55,989 nucleotides of DNA from positions 1 through 55,989 of the forward strand of contig JANRLD010000093.1 of NCBI GenBank assembly GCA_033762915.1. The letters are read 5' to 3'. The DNA is from Meiothermus sp. (GTDB lineage: Bacteria; Deinococcota; Deinococci; Deinococcales; Thermaceae). Positions within the stretch are counted from its first letter, which is position 1. Each line of letters begins with the position of its first letter. The notes beneath the pieces were generated by a model. That model made no database searches. It was not told the DNA's origin and saw only the letters and a list, made by a program, of their open reading frames with translations. The translations under genes and the position numbers were made by a program. Below are positions 29,592-39,393 of this stretch, piece by piece.

Positions 29592-30770
29592 ATGACTGAC
29601 CTCCTGATCCAAGAATCCTGGGGTGACCACGACGCCCTCATCATCAAGCCGCCCAAGAGCCGGGGGCGGGTGGGGTCGCCCACGCCCGCGCAAGCCGTGG
29701 TGGTGGGGGCACCGGCCTTGCCGGGTCGCGCCAGCGACGACGCCGGGGGGTTCAGGCTCGAGTACGGCGGCAGCCTGCCCGAGCTGACCATGCGCTACGA
29801 GACCTACGGGAGCCTAAACTTTGCGCGGGACAACGCGGTGCTGGTGTTTCACGCTTGGACCGGCTCGGCGCACCTGGCGGGCAGCTACAGCCGCGAGACG
29901 CTGGCCGCATTGCCCCTACTTGACCAGGCCTTCGGGGTGGACGGCTGGTGGGACGAGCTGGCCGGGCCGGGCCGGATGCTGGACACCGACCAGAAGTTCG
30001 TGATCTGCGCCAACCACGTCGGCAGCTGCTACGGCTCTACCGGGCCGCTATCCATAAACCCCGAGACCGGCCGGCCCTACGGGCCGGAGTTCCCGATGGT
30101 CACGGTTCGCGACCTGGCCAAGGCCCAGGCCAGGCTGCTGGACTTTTTGGGCATCGAGAAGGTGACGTTGTTGGGCGGCAGCCTGGGCGGGATGGTGGCG
30201 ATGGAGTTCGCCTACCTCTACCCCGAGCGGGTGAGCAAGCTGGTGGTGCTGGCGGCCCCGGCGGTTCACGGGCCTTGGGCGCGGGCCTTCAACCGGCTCT
30301 CGAGGGAGGCCGTCCTCTCCGACCCCGGCTTTAAGGAGGGCCACTACAGCGAGCAGCCGCTGGGCTTGCAGCTGGGTCGGGCCATCTCGATGCTCTCCTT
30401 CCGCACGCCGGAGTCGTTTAACCTGCGCTGGGGCCAGGCCCCCGAGCGCGGCGAGAGCTACGTGCTCTACCAGGGCGAGAAGTTCGCCAAGCGCTTTGAC
30501 GCCAATGCTTATCTGACGCTTTCCCAGACGATGGACTCGCACGACCTGGGGCGCGGGAGGGGCAGCGTGGCGAAGGCCCTCGAGCGCCTTCGGCCCATCC
30601 CCAGCCTGTGGGTGGGCATAGACTCAGATGTGCTCTACACCGCCGCCGAGGTCAAGGAGGCCGCGGTGCTGGCGGGCGGGCGCTACGTAGAGATCAAGAG
30701 CCCGCACGGCCACGATGCCTTCCTGATCGAGACCGATCAAGTGGAGCGGATTTTGGCGGAGTTCATCTGA
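29592..30770 (+). CDS. metX: Homoserine O-acetyltransferase
   Basis: HAWTGSAH; GSCYGSTGP; nucleophile GGSLGGM; RFDANAY; SPHGHDAFL. Confidence 0.92.
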   Translation: MTDLLIQESWGDHDALIIKPPKSRGRVGSPTPAQAVVVGAPALPGRASDDAGGFRLEYGGSLPELTMRYETYGSLNFARDNAVLVFHAWTGSAHLAGSYSRETLAALPLLDQAFGVDGWWDELAGPGRMLDTDQKFVICANHVGSCYGSTGPLSINPETGRPYGPEFPMVTVRDLAKAQARLLDFLGIEKVTLLGGSLGGMVAMEFAYLYPERVSKLVVLAAPAVHGPWARAFNRLSREAVLSDPGFKEGHYSEQPLGLQLGRAISMLSFRTPESFNLRWGQAPERGESYVLYQGEKFAKRFDANAYLTLSQTMDSHDLGRGRGSVAKALERLRPIPSLWVGIDSDVLYTAAEVKEAAVLAGGRYVEIKSPHGHDAFLIETDQVERILAEFI

Positions 30771-30854
30771 TGCCGAGCGGCAGCCCCCAGCCAAAGCCAC
30801 CAAACTGCTGCCGAACATCGCCCGAACAGCCGCCAACTCGACCCGCAAAAACTG

Positions 30855-30885
30855 TTGTCATCCTGAGCGCAGCGGACGCGTGAAG
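30855..30885 (+). repeat. Half copy of TGTCAT(T/C)CTGAG REP-like family
   Basis: TTGTCATCCTGAGCGCAGCG…GAAGA resembles the ends at 47613/47743 and 50566. Confidence 0.5.
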
Positions 30886-30928
30886 ACGCTCTGCCCCCCC
30901 GAGCCCCGGCCGGGTTAGAATCGTGCAC

Positions 30929-31678
30929 ATGGAGTTTCAAGACAAGGTGGTCATCGTGACCGGGGGGGCCTCGGGGATGGGGGCGGCCAGCTCGAGGCTG
31001 TTCGCCGGAGAAGGCGCGAGGGTGGTGGTGGTGGACCGGCAGGCTGAACTGGCCCGGCAGGTCGCGGCGGAAATCGGCGGGGTTGCCATCGCGGGCGACG
31101 TGAGCCAGTCGGCGTTCTGCGAGGCGGTCGTCGAACAGACCGTGGGCCAATTCGGGCGCTTGGACGCGGTGGTGAACGCGGCGGGCATCATCGTGCGGGC
31201 CAGGGGCGAGGACACCACCGACGAGGCCTGGAACCGCATCATGGGCGTGAACGTCAGCGGGACGTTCTTCATGTGCCGGGCCGCCATCAAGGCCATGAAG
31301 GCGGCGCCGAGCCCCGGCGGCGCCATCGTCAACTTCGGCTCGATCTGGGGTGACCTGGGGGCCTCGGGCGTGGCGGCGTACTGTGCCAGCAAAGGCGCGG
31401 TGCACAACCTCACCAGGGCGCTGGCCCTCGACCATGCCAAGGACGGTATCCGCGTTAACGCGGTCTGCCCCGGCGAGGTCAACACCCCCATGATCCAGTC
31501 CGAGCGCTCGGAGCCCGTCAACCCCGAACTCATGCAGCGCCTTGCCGACTCCGTGCCGATGGGCCGCCTGGCCGACCCCGGCGAGATCGCTCAGATGGTG
31601 GTGTTTCTGGCCTCTGGGCGGGCCAGCTACATGACCGGCTCGCTGGTGCTGGTCGACGGGGCGTTCGCAGCGAGATAA
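30929..31678 (+). CDS. SDR family oxidoreductase (leaderless)
   Basis: TGGASGMG; NAAG; YCASK; NAVCPG; TAGAAT 7 nt before ATG. Confidence 0.92.
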   Translation: MEFQDKVVIVTGGASGMGAASSRLFAGEGARVVVVDRQAELARQVAAEIGGVAIAGDVSQSAFCEAVVEQTVGQFGRLDAVVNAAGIIVRARGEDTTDEAWNRIMGVNVSGTFFMCRAAIKAMKAAPSPGGAIVNFGSIWGDLGASGVAAYCASKGAVHNLTRALALDHAKDGIRVNAVCPGEVNTPMIQSERSEPVNPELMQRLADSVPMGRLADPGEIAQMVVFLASGRASYMTGSLVLVDGAFAAR

Positions 31679-31775
31679 GGGCGAGCGGAGCTTGGAAGGA
31701 GAACAGTAGAGCCAGAGGCCCTCTGCTCTGGATTTCCCCGTTCCACCATCCTGCTTATCCGCCTTTGGAGGTTCT

Positions 31776-32774
31776 ATGTACCGACTTCTGGGCCGCACGG
31801 GCGTAAAAATTGCGCCCCTCGCGCTGGGCACCGACAACATCCTGAACCCCACGCCGGAGGACGAGTCCGTTCGGATGATCCTGCGGGCGCTGGACGCGGG
31901 GATCAACCTAATAGACACCTCCAACTCCTACCGCCAGGGCGAGGCTGAGCGGGTGATCGGGCGGGCGCTGAGGGAGAGCGGTCGGCGGGACGAGGCCTTC
32001 GTGGCAACCAAGGCCCACTACCCCACCGGCAAGGGGCCCAACGACCGGGGGAACAGCCGGCTCCACCTGATGCGGGCGGTGCAGGACTCGTTGAAGCGGC
32101 TTCAGACCGACCACATTGACCTGTTCCAACTGCACCGCCCCGACTTTGAGGTGCACATCGAGGAGACGCTGGGGGCCTTAACCGACATGGTGCGGCTGGG
32201 GATGGTGCGCTACGTGGGCAGCTCCACCACCCCGGCCTGGAAGGTGATGGAGTCGGTGCTGACGGCGGAGCTCAAGGGCTACGTGCGTTTCGTCTCCGAG
32301 CAGCCGCCCTACAATTTGCTGGATCGGCGTGTTGAAAACGAGCTGATCCCGATGGCGCAGGCCCACAACCTTGCCGTCATCCCGTGGTCGCCGCTGGCGA
32401 TGGGCATGCTGGCGGGCCGCTACGCCAACCAGGAGACCCGCCCGGACGGCTCGAGGGCCGCCCTGCGCGGGGGAATTTATGCCGAACGGGTCAGCGGGCG
32501 GGCGGTGGAGGTGGGCAACCGCTTTGTGGCCCTGGCCAGGGAGGCAGGCCACGACCCGGCCCGTCTGGCCATCACCTGGGTCAAAGACCAGCCGGGCGTG
32601 ACCGCCCCCATCATCGGCCCCAAGAGCGTGGAGCAGCTCGAGCATCTGCTGCCGGTACTCGAGGCCAAGCTTGACCCTCAAATCGCCGCCGCCTGCGACG
32701 GGCTGGTGCCGCCCGGGAGCGCCGTCGCCAACTTCCACAACTCGGCCCCCTGGATGAAGATGCGCCTTGATTGA
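31776..32774 (+). CDS. Aldo/keto reductase
   Basis: [35 protein letters not shown]. Confidence 0.92.
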   Translation: MYRLLGRTGVKIAPLALGTDNILNPTPEDESVRMILRALDAGINLIDTSNSYRQGEAERVIGRALRESGRRDEAFVATKAHYPTGKGPNDRGNSRLHLMRAVQDSLKRLQTDHIDLFQLHRPDFEVHIEETLGALTDMVRLGMVRYVGSSTTPAWKVMESVLTAELKGYVRFVSEQPPYNLLDRRVENELIPMAQAHNLAVIPWSPLAMGMLAGRYANQETRPDGSRAALRGGIYAERVSGRAVEVGNRFVALAREAGHDPARLAITWVKDQPGVTAPIIGPKSVEQLEHLLPVLEAKLDPQIAAACDGLVPPGSAVANFHNSAPWMKMRLD

Positions 32775-32862
32775 ATGTAGGGGGGCAGAGCGGTCGGGTG
32801 GGCCGTGCCCCCGGCCCGCCACGGAGCGCGGTGGACACGGCCCCTCGAGGCTGAACGCCAGT

Positions 32863-32949
32863 CGCGTTTCCCTTACCTCCCTCGTGGCGGCAGGTAATGT
32901 ACTCCCTCACAGCTAAAATCGCTGTAGGGAGTATGCGTGGGAATCGCTC
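32863..32949 (-). repeat. Family-A MITE-like element (uninterrupted copy)
   Basis: Reverse complement GAGCGATTCCCACGCATACTCCCTAC…CCTGCCGCC…GAGGGAGGTAA…GAAACGCG matches the outer parts of 5082-5274. Confidence 0.75.
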
Positions 32950-32962
32950 AGGGCCCTTTGTA

Positions 32963-33619
32963 CTACCCGATCTTGAGGCTGCTGGATTCGCCTCGAGCCA
33001 GCTTTTCCAGGTGCTCGTCGAGGTTGAGCATCTCGAACAAACTCTCGCCCCGCCCCATGCGCTCGAGCACGCCCGCCTCGCGCCCGTTGACGGCCTCGGC
33101 CAGCGGCAGCAGGCGGGCAAACTCCTCGAGGCTGCCCACAATCACCCCGTCGTCGTCGCCGAAAACCAGGTCGCCGGGGTTCACGATCACGCCGCCGCAG
33201 CGGACGGATATCTGGGTCTCCATGAGCTGCTTTGTCGTTCCTGCCATCGGGTGGACGCTGCGGCTATAGACGGGAAACTCGAGCCGCCGGATGGCCGCCG
33301 AGTCGCGCACCGAGCCGTCCACCACGAAACCGGCCAGCCCGCGTCGCTTGGCCTCGGTCGAGAACAGCTCACCCGCCACCGCCCGGGTCTCGCCCTGGCA
33401 GTCCACCACCAGCACCTCACCCGCCCTCGAGTCCGCCAGTGCCCTGATGACGCTCAGAAAATCCCCCGCGCAGCGCACCGTTCGCGCTACCCCGAACAGC
33501 TTCGTTCCTGCGCTCAGTGGCCTGATGGCGGGCTCCATAACCCGCAGCTGCTTGTCGGCGTCGCAGAAGGCAGCTGCGTCGAGCTGGAGGACGCGGGGGC
33601 GGAGTTCCTGGGGGGTCAT
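32963..33619 (-). CDS. RraA/HMG-aldolase family protein
   Basis: GEVLVVD; AVAGEL; VVDGSVRD; VNPGDLVFGDDDGV. Confidence 0.88.
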   Translation of the reverse strand: MTPQELRPRVLQLDAAAFCDADKQLRVMEPAIRPLSAGTKLFGVARTVRCAGDFLSVIRALADSRAGEVLVVDCQGETRAVAGELFSTEAKRRGLAGFVVDGSVRDSAAIRRLEFPVYSRSVHPMAGTTKQLMETQISVRCGGVIVNPGDLVFGDDDGVIVGSLEEFARLLPLAEAVNGREAGVLERMGRGESLFEMLNLDEHLEKLARGESSSLKIG

Positions 33620-34494
33620 ACCCCACACCCCCAGTCCAGCACCTTCACAAACCGCCCGTCCTGCCAGCGCCAGACGGTGGCCCCGATGCCCTCGTGCACC
33701 CAGTCGTCCACGATGACCTCCATGCGCCCGTCGCCGTCGAGGTCGAGGATCGCGCCGATGCGGAACTGGTACATCCTTGGGCTCTGCTCGGCGTCCCTGG
33801 TGGTGTAGAGCCCCGACCGAAGCACGAAGGTGCGCAGCTGGGTGTCGCTGAGAAGCTTGCGCACCACCACCATCCCGTAGTGGCCCGGCTGCTGGGCATA
33901 CTGCCCGTTTGCCGCACCGTCGGCGACCGCGTAGTTGGGGTTGTTGGCGGTCAGGATGACCTCGAGCCGGCCGTCGCCATCGAGGTCCACCCGCAGAGCC
34001 TGCTGGATGTCCCTCAGCCGGGGTGCGGTGGTCAGGCCCAGCTTGCGGGCCTCGGACGCGATGGTCTGGAGGTGGGCGGTGGTGGGGGTGATGGCCCCCA
34101 CCGGGCGGGGCTGGGGGTTCCAGGGCGCGTTGAGGGCGTAGAGCGGGCGGGGGGTGGGGCCAGTGAGGCGGGCGCTGAAAGGGGTCACCCGGTTCCAGCC
34201 GCACACGTCGGCGGGGGCGGCGGCCTGGGCTCCGGACTGGCCCCGCCCCACCGCGCCCAGCAGGCCGTAAACGGTGAAGCTGCGGTTGGCAATGCCCACC
34301 GGTCCCTCGAGCTCCTTCATATTGTCGCGGGCGTAGACCTGCCCGTCGGCCTGCCGCCAGCGGCCGTCGAAGGAGCCCACCACGGTGGCGTTGGCTGCGT
34401 CGCTGCCCAGGCGCAGCAGGGTCGCGCTGCGTGGGGCTTGGGCTACTGAAAGTCCGAGGCCAAGAAGGAGGGCGGTCAGTAGAACGGGTCTCAT
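33616..34494 (-). CDS. Secreted protein with two DLDGDGxxE Ca-binding (FG-GAP-like) motifs
   Basis: Signal peptide; VDLDGDGRLE and LDLDGDGRME. Confidence 0.75.
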   Translation of the reverse strand: MRPVLLTALLLGLGLSVAQAPRSATLLRLGSDAANATVVGSFDGRWRQADGQVYARDNMKELEGPVGIANRSFTVYGLLGAVGRGQSGAQAAAPADVCGWNRVTPFSARLTGPTPRPLYALNAPWNPQPRPVGAITPTTAHLQTIASEARKLGLTTAPRLRDIQQALRVDLDGDGRLEVILTANNPNYAVADGAANGQYAQQPGHYGMVVVRKLLSDTQLRTFVLRSGLYTTRDAEQSPRMYQFRIGAILDLDGDGRMEVIVDDWVHEGIGATVWRWQDGRFVKVLDWGCGV

Positions 34495-34555
34495 ACCCGC
34501 ATTATCCGCCTTCGAGCCGCCTGGGCCGATGGCGTTTGAACGTACCCCTTAAGCC

Positions 34556-35791
34556 TCAGCGGTAGATGGTCTTCCACAGCGGGGTGAGCTGGTAGCGCCA
34601 GCGGGCCTCGAAGCTGCGCCGCCAGGGGAAGCTGAGCCCCAGCGGCTCGAGCCGGTTGTCGCCGAACTGGGGTGCGGGCTCGGCCCTGAGCCGCTCGAAG
34701 GCGTAGCGGGCGGCCTCCTCGGTCAGGGGCTCGGGGAAGCGCTCGCGCACCCAGGGCCGCCCGACCTCTCCCCACAGGTACTCCAAAAAAGCCTGGGCCA
34801 GGGTCTGCCGGCGCAGCTCGGCGCAGGCCTCGCCCAGCGTGCAGGTGGTGGGTGCGAACAGCCCGCCCTGCGCCAGCGCCGAGCCGAGGTTGTTCGATGG
34901 CGTGCCCCAGGAGGCGTAGGCGGCGAGGTCTGCGTACAGGTTGAGCTGCACCAGGTAGCGCACCAGCGAGGGGTCGCCCCGGTTGACCCGGGCGATGTCG
35001 GCGATCGCCACGGGGGCCTCGCGCTGGCCGCGTAGCAGGGTCAGGACGCCGCGCCGGGGGTCGTTGCCCGAGTAGACCATCAGCACAAGGTCCGGGCGGC
35101 GCTCCACAGCTTCGGCCCCCGCCGCGGCCAGCAGCCGGGAGATGGCCTGCTCGAGGGCAATCCCGTCGTACCTCGTCACCTGTTTGGGGGCCCGTGGGTC
35201 GTCGTAGATCACCTTGACCCGCAGGCCGGGGTTGAGCGCCCGCAGCAGCAGAACCTGCCCGGCCTCGTCGGCCCCGGGGCGGGTGGGGATGTTGAGGGTG
35301 GCGGCCTCGGCGACGGCGGGAGAGCCGGGGAGGGCGTCGTCCCAAGGGGCCTCCACGTAGGCGAAGCCGCTGCCCAGGGCGCCCAGCACCTCCAGGTTTC
35401 TGGCCCGGTTGGTGGAGTCCGGGTGGCGCGGGATCACCCCGAAGGCCCAGACCCGCCCGGAGCGCTTGAGGGGCTCGAGAGCTGCCAGCCGCGCCCGGGC
35501 CTGGATCGCCGTGAGGCTGGAACTGCGGCTCTGCACTAGGCCGCCGTAGATCAGCGCGTCCAGGCTGGCCACCACCCTCGAGGCCCCGCTGCGGCCCAGC
35601 CAGGCGGCCAGGGCCTCGGGGTCGGCCCCCTCGCGCCCCCGGTACAGCTCGGGCGGGGGGCAGCGCACCAGGCCACCCCAGCCGCAGGGCGACCAGCTGG
35701 GCGGTCGGTCATCGAGAGGGACGTAGACCGGGGGTGTTTCCTGGGCCAGGGCCAGGCAGCAGAGCAGGGCGACCGTCAGCAGCCAGCGCAT
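34556..35791 (-). CDS. DUF4127 family secreted protein (leaderless)
   Basis: YVPLDDRP; SLDALIYGGLVQSR; PGADE; YASWGTPSN; TAGACT 7 nt before ATG. Confidence 0.75.
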   Translation of the reverse strand: MRWLLTVALLCCLALAQETPPVYVPLDDRPPSWSPCGWGGLVRCPPPELYRGREGADPEALAAWLGRSGASRVVASLDALIYGGLVQSRSSSLTAIQARARLAALEPLKRSGRVWAFGVIPRHPDSTNRARNLEVLGALGSGFAYVEAPWDDALPGSPAVAEAATLNIPTRPGADEAGQVLLLRALNPGLRVKVIYDDPRAPKQVTRYDGIALEQAISRLLAAAGAEAVERRPDLVLMVYSGNDPRRGVLTLLRGQREAPVAIADIARVNRGDPSLVRYLVQLNLYADLAAYASWGTPSNNLGSALAQGGLFAPTTCTLGEACAELRRQTLAQAFLEYLWGEVGRPWVRERFPEPLTEEAARYAFERLRAEPAPQFGDNRLEPLGLSFPWRRSFEARWRYQLTPLWKTIYR

Positions 35792-36146
35792 GCAGGCGAG
35801 TCTAGCCAGGCAAGATGAGAGGACGAAGCCGGGTATGAGCCAAGATGCCACGGCCGGGCCGTTCTGCCTGCTGTCCGTCAAGCCGCCTCAAACCCGCCAC
35901 AGACGGCTGTCCTGGCCCGCTAGACTTGGCCCTGCGGAAGAGGGGAGCCTTCACACACATTTTCCTGAGCCCCTGGGCTAATATGTTCTAAGGTGTGGGC
36001 GCCTTCAAACGCTGCACACCACCCCACACCACAGTTAAGCCCCATAGGCGGCCCAGCCGCCCGGTGGCATAGCGTTTGGAGCAGCGCCTGACCCGGTGGC
36101 TCGGATACGACGGCCCTAACACGCGACAGAGCTACGAGGTGACTAG

Positions 36147-37061
36147 ATGTCTCAAGAACTAACCCGCCAGGCCCAGAGCGAAGCCGAAGCGCTCTCGCGC
36201 CGGGTCTGGCTGCACGACCTCATGCGCCGATTGCGCGGTGAGCCCAACGACGTGCTCCCCTTCGAGGCCGTCCACGAACTCCGCCCCAAGGGCGAGGCCT
36301 ACAAGGGTCTCCAGACCATCGAGGTGGACAAAATTCTGGGCACCGTGGATCGCTACGGCGACTTCGATGCCCACTTCATGCCCAAGGAGCCCTACACCTT
36401 AGAGCGCTGGACCAACCTGAGGGCCGCCCAGCTCCACGGCACCGAGTTCCCGCCCATCGACGTGTACAAAGTGGGTGAGGTCTACTTCGTCAAGGACGGC
36501 AACCACCGCACCGCCCTGGCCAAGGCCCTCGGCCAGCACTACATCGAGGCCCACGTGATCGAGCTGAAGGTGCCGGTCGACCTGGACTCCGACGACACCC
36601 TTAAAGACCTGATCCTCAAGGGCGAGTACGCGGCCTTCCTCGAGGAGACCCGCCTCGATGCCCTGCGTCCCGACCACGTGGAGATTTTGTTCTCGAGGGC
36701 CGGTCGCTACGACGTGCTGATCGATCACATCCGCACGCACCAGTACTTTCTGGGCCTTAACCAGAAGCGCAGCGTGGGCTGGGACGAGGCGGTGGGCAAC
36801 TGGTACGACCAGCTCTACCTCCCCACCGTCCAGGAAATTCGCGAGAACGAGGTGCTGGGCGACTTTCCAGGTCGTACTGAGGCCGACTTGTACCTGTGGA
36901 TATCCGACCACCGCTACTACATCTCCCGAACCATAGGCCACGACGTGGGGGCCGAGGAGGCCGCCAAGGAGGTCCAGAAGAAAGCCCAGAAGGGCCCGCT
37001 GGTTCGGGCGCTCGAGTGGGCGGCCGGGCTGTTCCTGCGGCGGAGCCCTCAGGTCGGGTGA
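36147..37061 (+). CDS. ParB-like N-terminal domain / DUF4032-associated protein
   Basis: PPIDVYKVGEVYFVKDGNHR ParB/Srx box; FPGRTEADLYLWI. Confidence 0.7.
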   Translation: MSQELTRQAQSEAEALSRRVWLHDLMRRLRGEPNDVLPFEAVHELRPKGEAYKGLQTIEVDKILGTVDRYGDFDAHFMPKEPYTLERWTNLRAAQLHGTEFPPIDVYKVGEVYFVKDGNHRTALAKALGQHYIEAHVIELKVPVDLDSDDTLKDLILKGEYAAFLEETRLDALRPDHVEILFSRAGRYDVLIDHIRTHQYFLGLNQKRSVGWDEAVGNWYDQLYLPTVQEIRENEVLGDFPGRTEADLYLWISDHRYYISRTIGHDVGAEEAAKEVQKKAQKGPLVRALEWAAGLFLRRSPQVG

Positions 37062-37184
37062 GGGGGGCCGAAGGCCAAGTCCTGACGTATCGGGCAGACC
37101 CCTAAACACCAGACGCTCAGGCCGTTTGGGGTTACCTTGGTTTTTTCGTTGGACGTTCGGCGTTTGGCGGTGTTATAAAAAGCC

Positions 37185-38078
37185 ATGAACTCGGTGACCC
37201 TCCAAAACTCCCGGCTCCGCCTCGAGATCGCCCCCGAAGTCGGGGCCAGCGTCGCGGCCCTCGAGGCCAGGGCGGAGGAGCGGTGGCAGCCCATCATGCG
37301 CCCGACGCCGCGCCCGCTGCCCGACAAGTCCAGCCCCTACGGCAGCTTCACCCTCGCGCCCTACTCCAACCGCATCCGGGAGGCGAGGTTCGGCTTCGAG
37401 GGTAGGCTCTACGAGCTCAAGCCCAACACCCCTGAGGGCAACGCCCAGCACGGCGATGTGCGCAACCGGCCCTGGACGGTGATGCCAGCGGGGACCGCCG
37501 CCGCGTGCAGTTTCGACTCGAGGTTCTTTGACGACGTGAACTGGCCCTGGGCCTTCTCGATGGCGAAGCTGTACCGCCTCGAGGGCCACACCCTCGAGAC
37601 CACCCTCGAGCTTGTCAACCAGGGCCAGACCCCTATGCCCGCCGGGTTCGGGCTGCACCCCTACTTCGTGCGCGACCTGGGCGAGGCTGTTTTGGGCTTT
37701 GAGGCCGAGGGCTACTACCAGACCGACCAGAGCCTCATCCCTGCCGATGGCATGAAGCCGATTCCCCCCGAGCTGGATTTCCGGGTGCCCAGGGCGGTCG
37801 GTGCCCAGGCTTTGAACCACGTCTACGGCGGCTGGAGCGGGCGGGCGGTTTTGGAATGGCAGGGCTCCGGTAAGCGGCTGGTGTTGGAGGCCGACCCGAT
37901 CTTCTCTCACCTGGTGGTCTTCACCGCCCCTGATGGCACCCTGGCCATCGAGCCGGTCACCAACGCCACCGACGGCTTCAACCTGGCCGAGCGCGGCGTC
38001 GCGGGGACCGGTGTTCAGGTCTTGCAGCCTGAGGAAGGGATGGTGGGCAAGGTAAGGATGCGGGTGGAAGGGCTGTGA
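37185..38078 (+). CDS. Aldose 1-epimerase family protein
   Basis: PYSNRI; QHG; GFGLHPYF; AIEPVT. Confidence 0.88.
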   Translation: MNSVTLQNSRLRLEIAPEVGASVAALEARAEERWQPIMRPTPRPLPDKSSPYGSFTLAPYSNRIREARFGFEGRLYELKPNTPEGNAQHGDVRNRPWTVMPAGTAAACSFDSRFFDDVNWPWAFSMAKLYRLEGHTLETTLELVNQGQTPMPAGFGLHPYFVRDLGEAVLGFEAEGYYQTDQSLIPADGMKPIPPELDFRVPRAVGAQALNHVYGGWSGRAVLEWQGSGKRLVLEADPIFSHLVVFTAPDGTLAIEPVTNATDGFNLAERGVAGTGVQVLQPEEGMVGKVRMRVEGL

Positions 38079-38107
38079 TGCGGCGGAGGGTAGAGGGCGG
38101 GGCGTGG

Positions 38108-38524
38108 TAAGGGGTCTCCATAGTTGAAACACGCCGCCCGCCAAATCCTGCCGAGAATAGTGCCAGGAACGTGTTTAGATATCTGCTGATTTTGCACCTC
38201 TACGTAGCGCAACTAGGTCAGAGCCGAAGCCAAGGCCAATCTCCTATCGTGCGCCCTTGGGGCGAAGCGCGGAGCGCCGTAATGTAGCTGGCACTCCAAA
38301 CACCGCCGCAGGGAGCCCTTGTACGGCTTGCGGGTTGATTCGCGGAGGACGCAGGAGCTTGGGCGACCGGCGGGTGCTGCAAAACCTCAATAAGTTGCGC
38401 CAGGGTAGAAGTGCGGAATCGGCAGATACGGCAAGTAGGTGCCGGGGCGGAGCGGCTACCCTAGGCGTAATTCCTTGCGGGAGCTGGCGGGCGACATGTT
38501 GCATTGCAACTATGGAGACACTTA
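38108..38524. mobile_element. Two inverted family-C units flanking a core of about 175 bp (composite MITE-like element)
   Basis: Left arm 38108-38213 (GTCTCCATAGTTG…GCACCTCTACGTAGCGCAACTA) is an inverted, diverged copy of the right arm 38391-38524; TA at both outer ends. Confidence 0.7.
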
Positions 38525-38546
38525 TCAGCCTGGGGATTGCCTTTGT

Positions 38547-39290
38547 TTACAACCTTCCCGCCTCGAGAATCCGCTTCAAGAACTGCTGCGTCCGCTCCTC
38601 CTTGGGCTCCTCAAAGACCTGTTGGGGCGGCCCCTCCTCCAGCACCACCCCGCCGGAAAGGAAGCAGACCTTGCTGGCTACCTCCCGGGCGAAGCTCATC
38701 TCGTGGGTGGCCAGCATCATGGTCATGCCCTCGCCCGCAAGCTCGCGCAGCAGGTTCAGCACCTCCGAGACCAGCTCGGGGTCCAGGGCCGAGGTGATCT
38801 CGTCGAGGAGCATCAATCGCGGCTCCATCGCCAGCGCCCGCACAATCGCCACCCGCTGCTGCTGCCCGCCGGAGAGCTGGTCGGGGAAGGCCCTGGCCTT
38901 GGCCTCGAGGCCAATCCGCTTCAGTAGTTCAATGGCCCGGGCCTCGGCCTGCTCGCGGGGCATCTTCAAGACCTGGGTGGGGGCCAGGGTGATGTTGTGC
39001 AGCACGTTCATGTGCGGGAACAGGTTGAAGCTCTGGAAGACAATCCCCACCTCGCGCCTGAGCGCGTCCACGTCTACCCCCGGCCCGGTGATGCGGTCGC
39101 CGGAGAGCCGAATCTCGCCGCCCTGGATGGGCTCGAGGCCGTTCACGCAGCGCAGCAGCGTGGACTTCCCGCAGCCCGAGGCCCCGATCAGGCATACCAC
39201 CTGGTGCTCCTCGACGTTTAGGGAGAGCCCGCGCAAGATCTCGTTCGCGCCGTAGCGCTTGGTGATGGATTTGATCTCGAGGAGTGGCAT
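38547..39290 (-). CDS. Polar amino acid ABC transporter ATP-binding protein
   Basis: GASGCGKS; FQSFNLFPH; LSGGQQQR; LLDEITSALDPE. Confidence 0.95.
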   Translation of the reverse strand: MPLLEIKSITKRYGANEILRGLSLNVEEHQVVCLIGASGCGKSTLLRCVNGLEPIQGGEIRLSGDRITGPGVDVDALRREVGIVFQSFNLFPHMNVLHNITLAPTQVLKMPREQAEARAIELLKRIGLEAKARAFPDQLSGGQQQRVAIVRALAMEPRLMLLDEITSALDPELVSEVLNLLRELAGEGMTMMLATHEMSFAREVASKVCFLSGGVVLEEGPPQQVFEEPKEERTQQFLKRILEAGRL

Positions 39291-39298
39291 AGGGAACT

Positions 39299-39331
39299 GT
39301 GGTCGGTGGTTGGTGGTCGGTGGTCGGTGGG
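39299..39331. repeat. Heptamer tandem repeat (GTGGTCG)n
   Basis: GTGGTCG GTGGTTG GTGGTCG GTGGTCG GTGGG. Confidence 0.8.
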
Positions 39332-39393
39332 AAACCAAACTGGGCGAAAGGTGGGTGCTTAGGGTTTGCCTTCTCCTTCCTCTCTTCCTGCCC

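Noticed and set aside
36061..36120. tRNA-like start (GGCATAGCGTTTGGAGCAGCGCCTG)
   Set aside because: No TTCGA T-loop, acceptor stem or cloverleaf.
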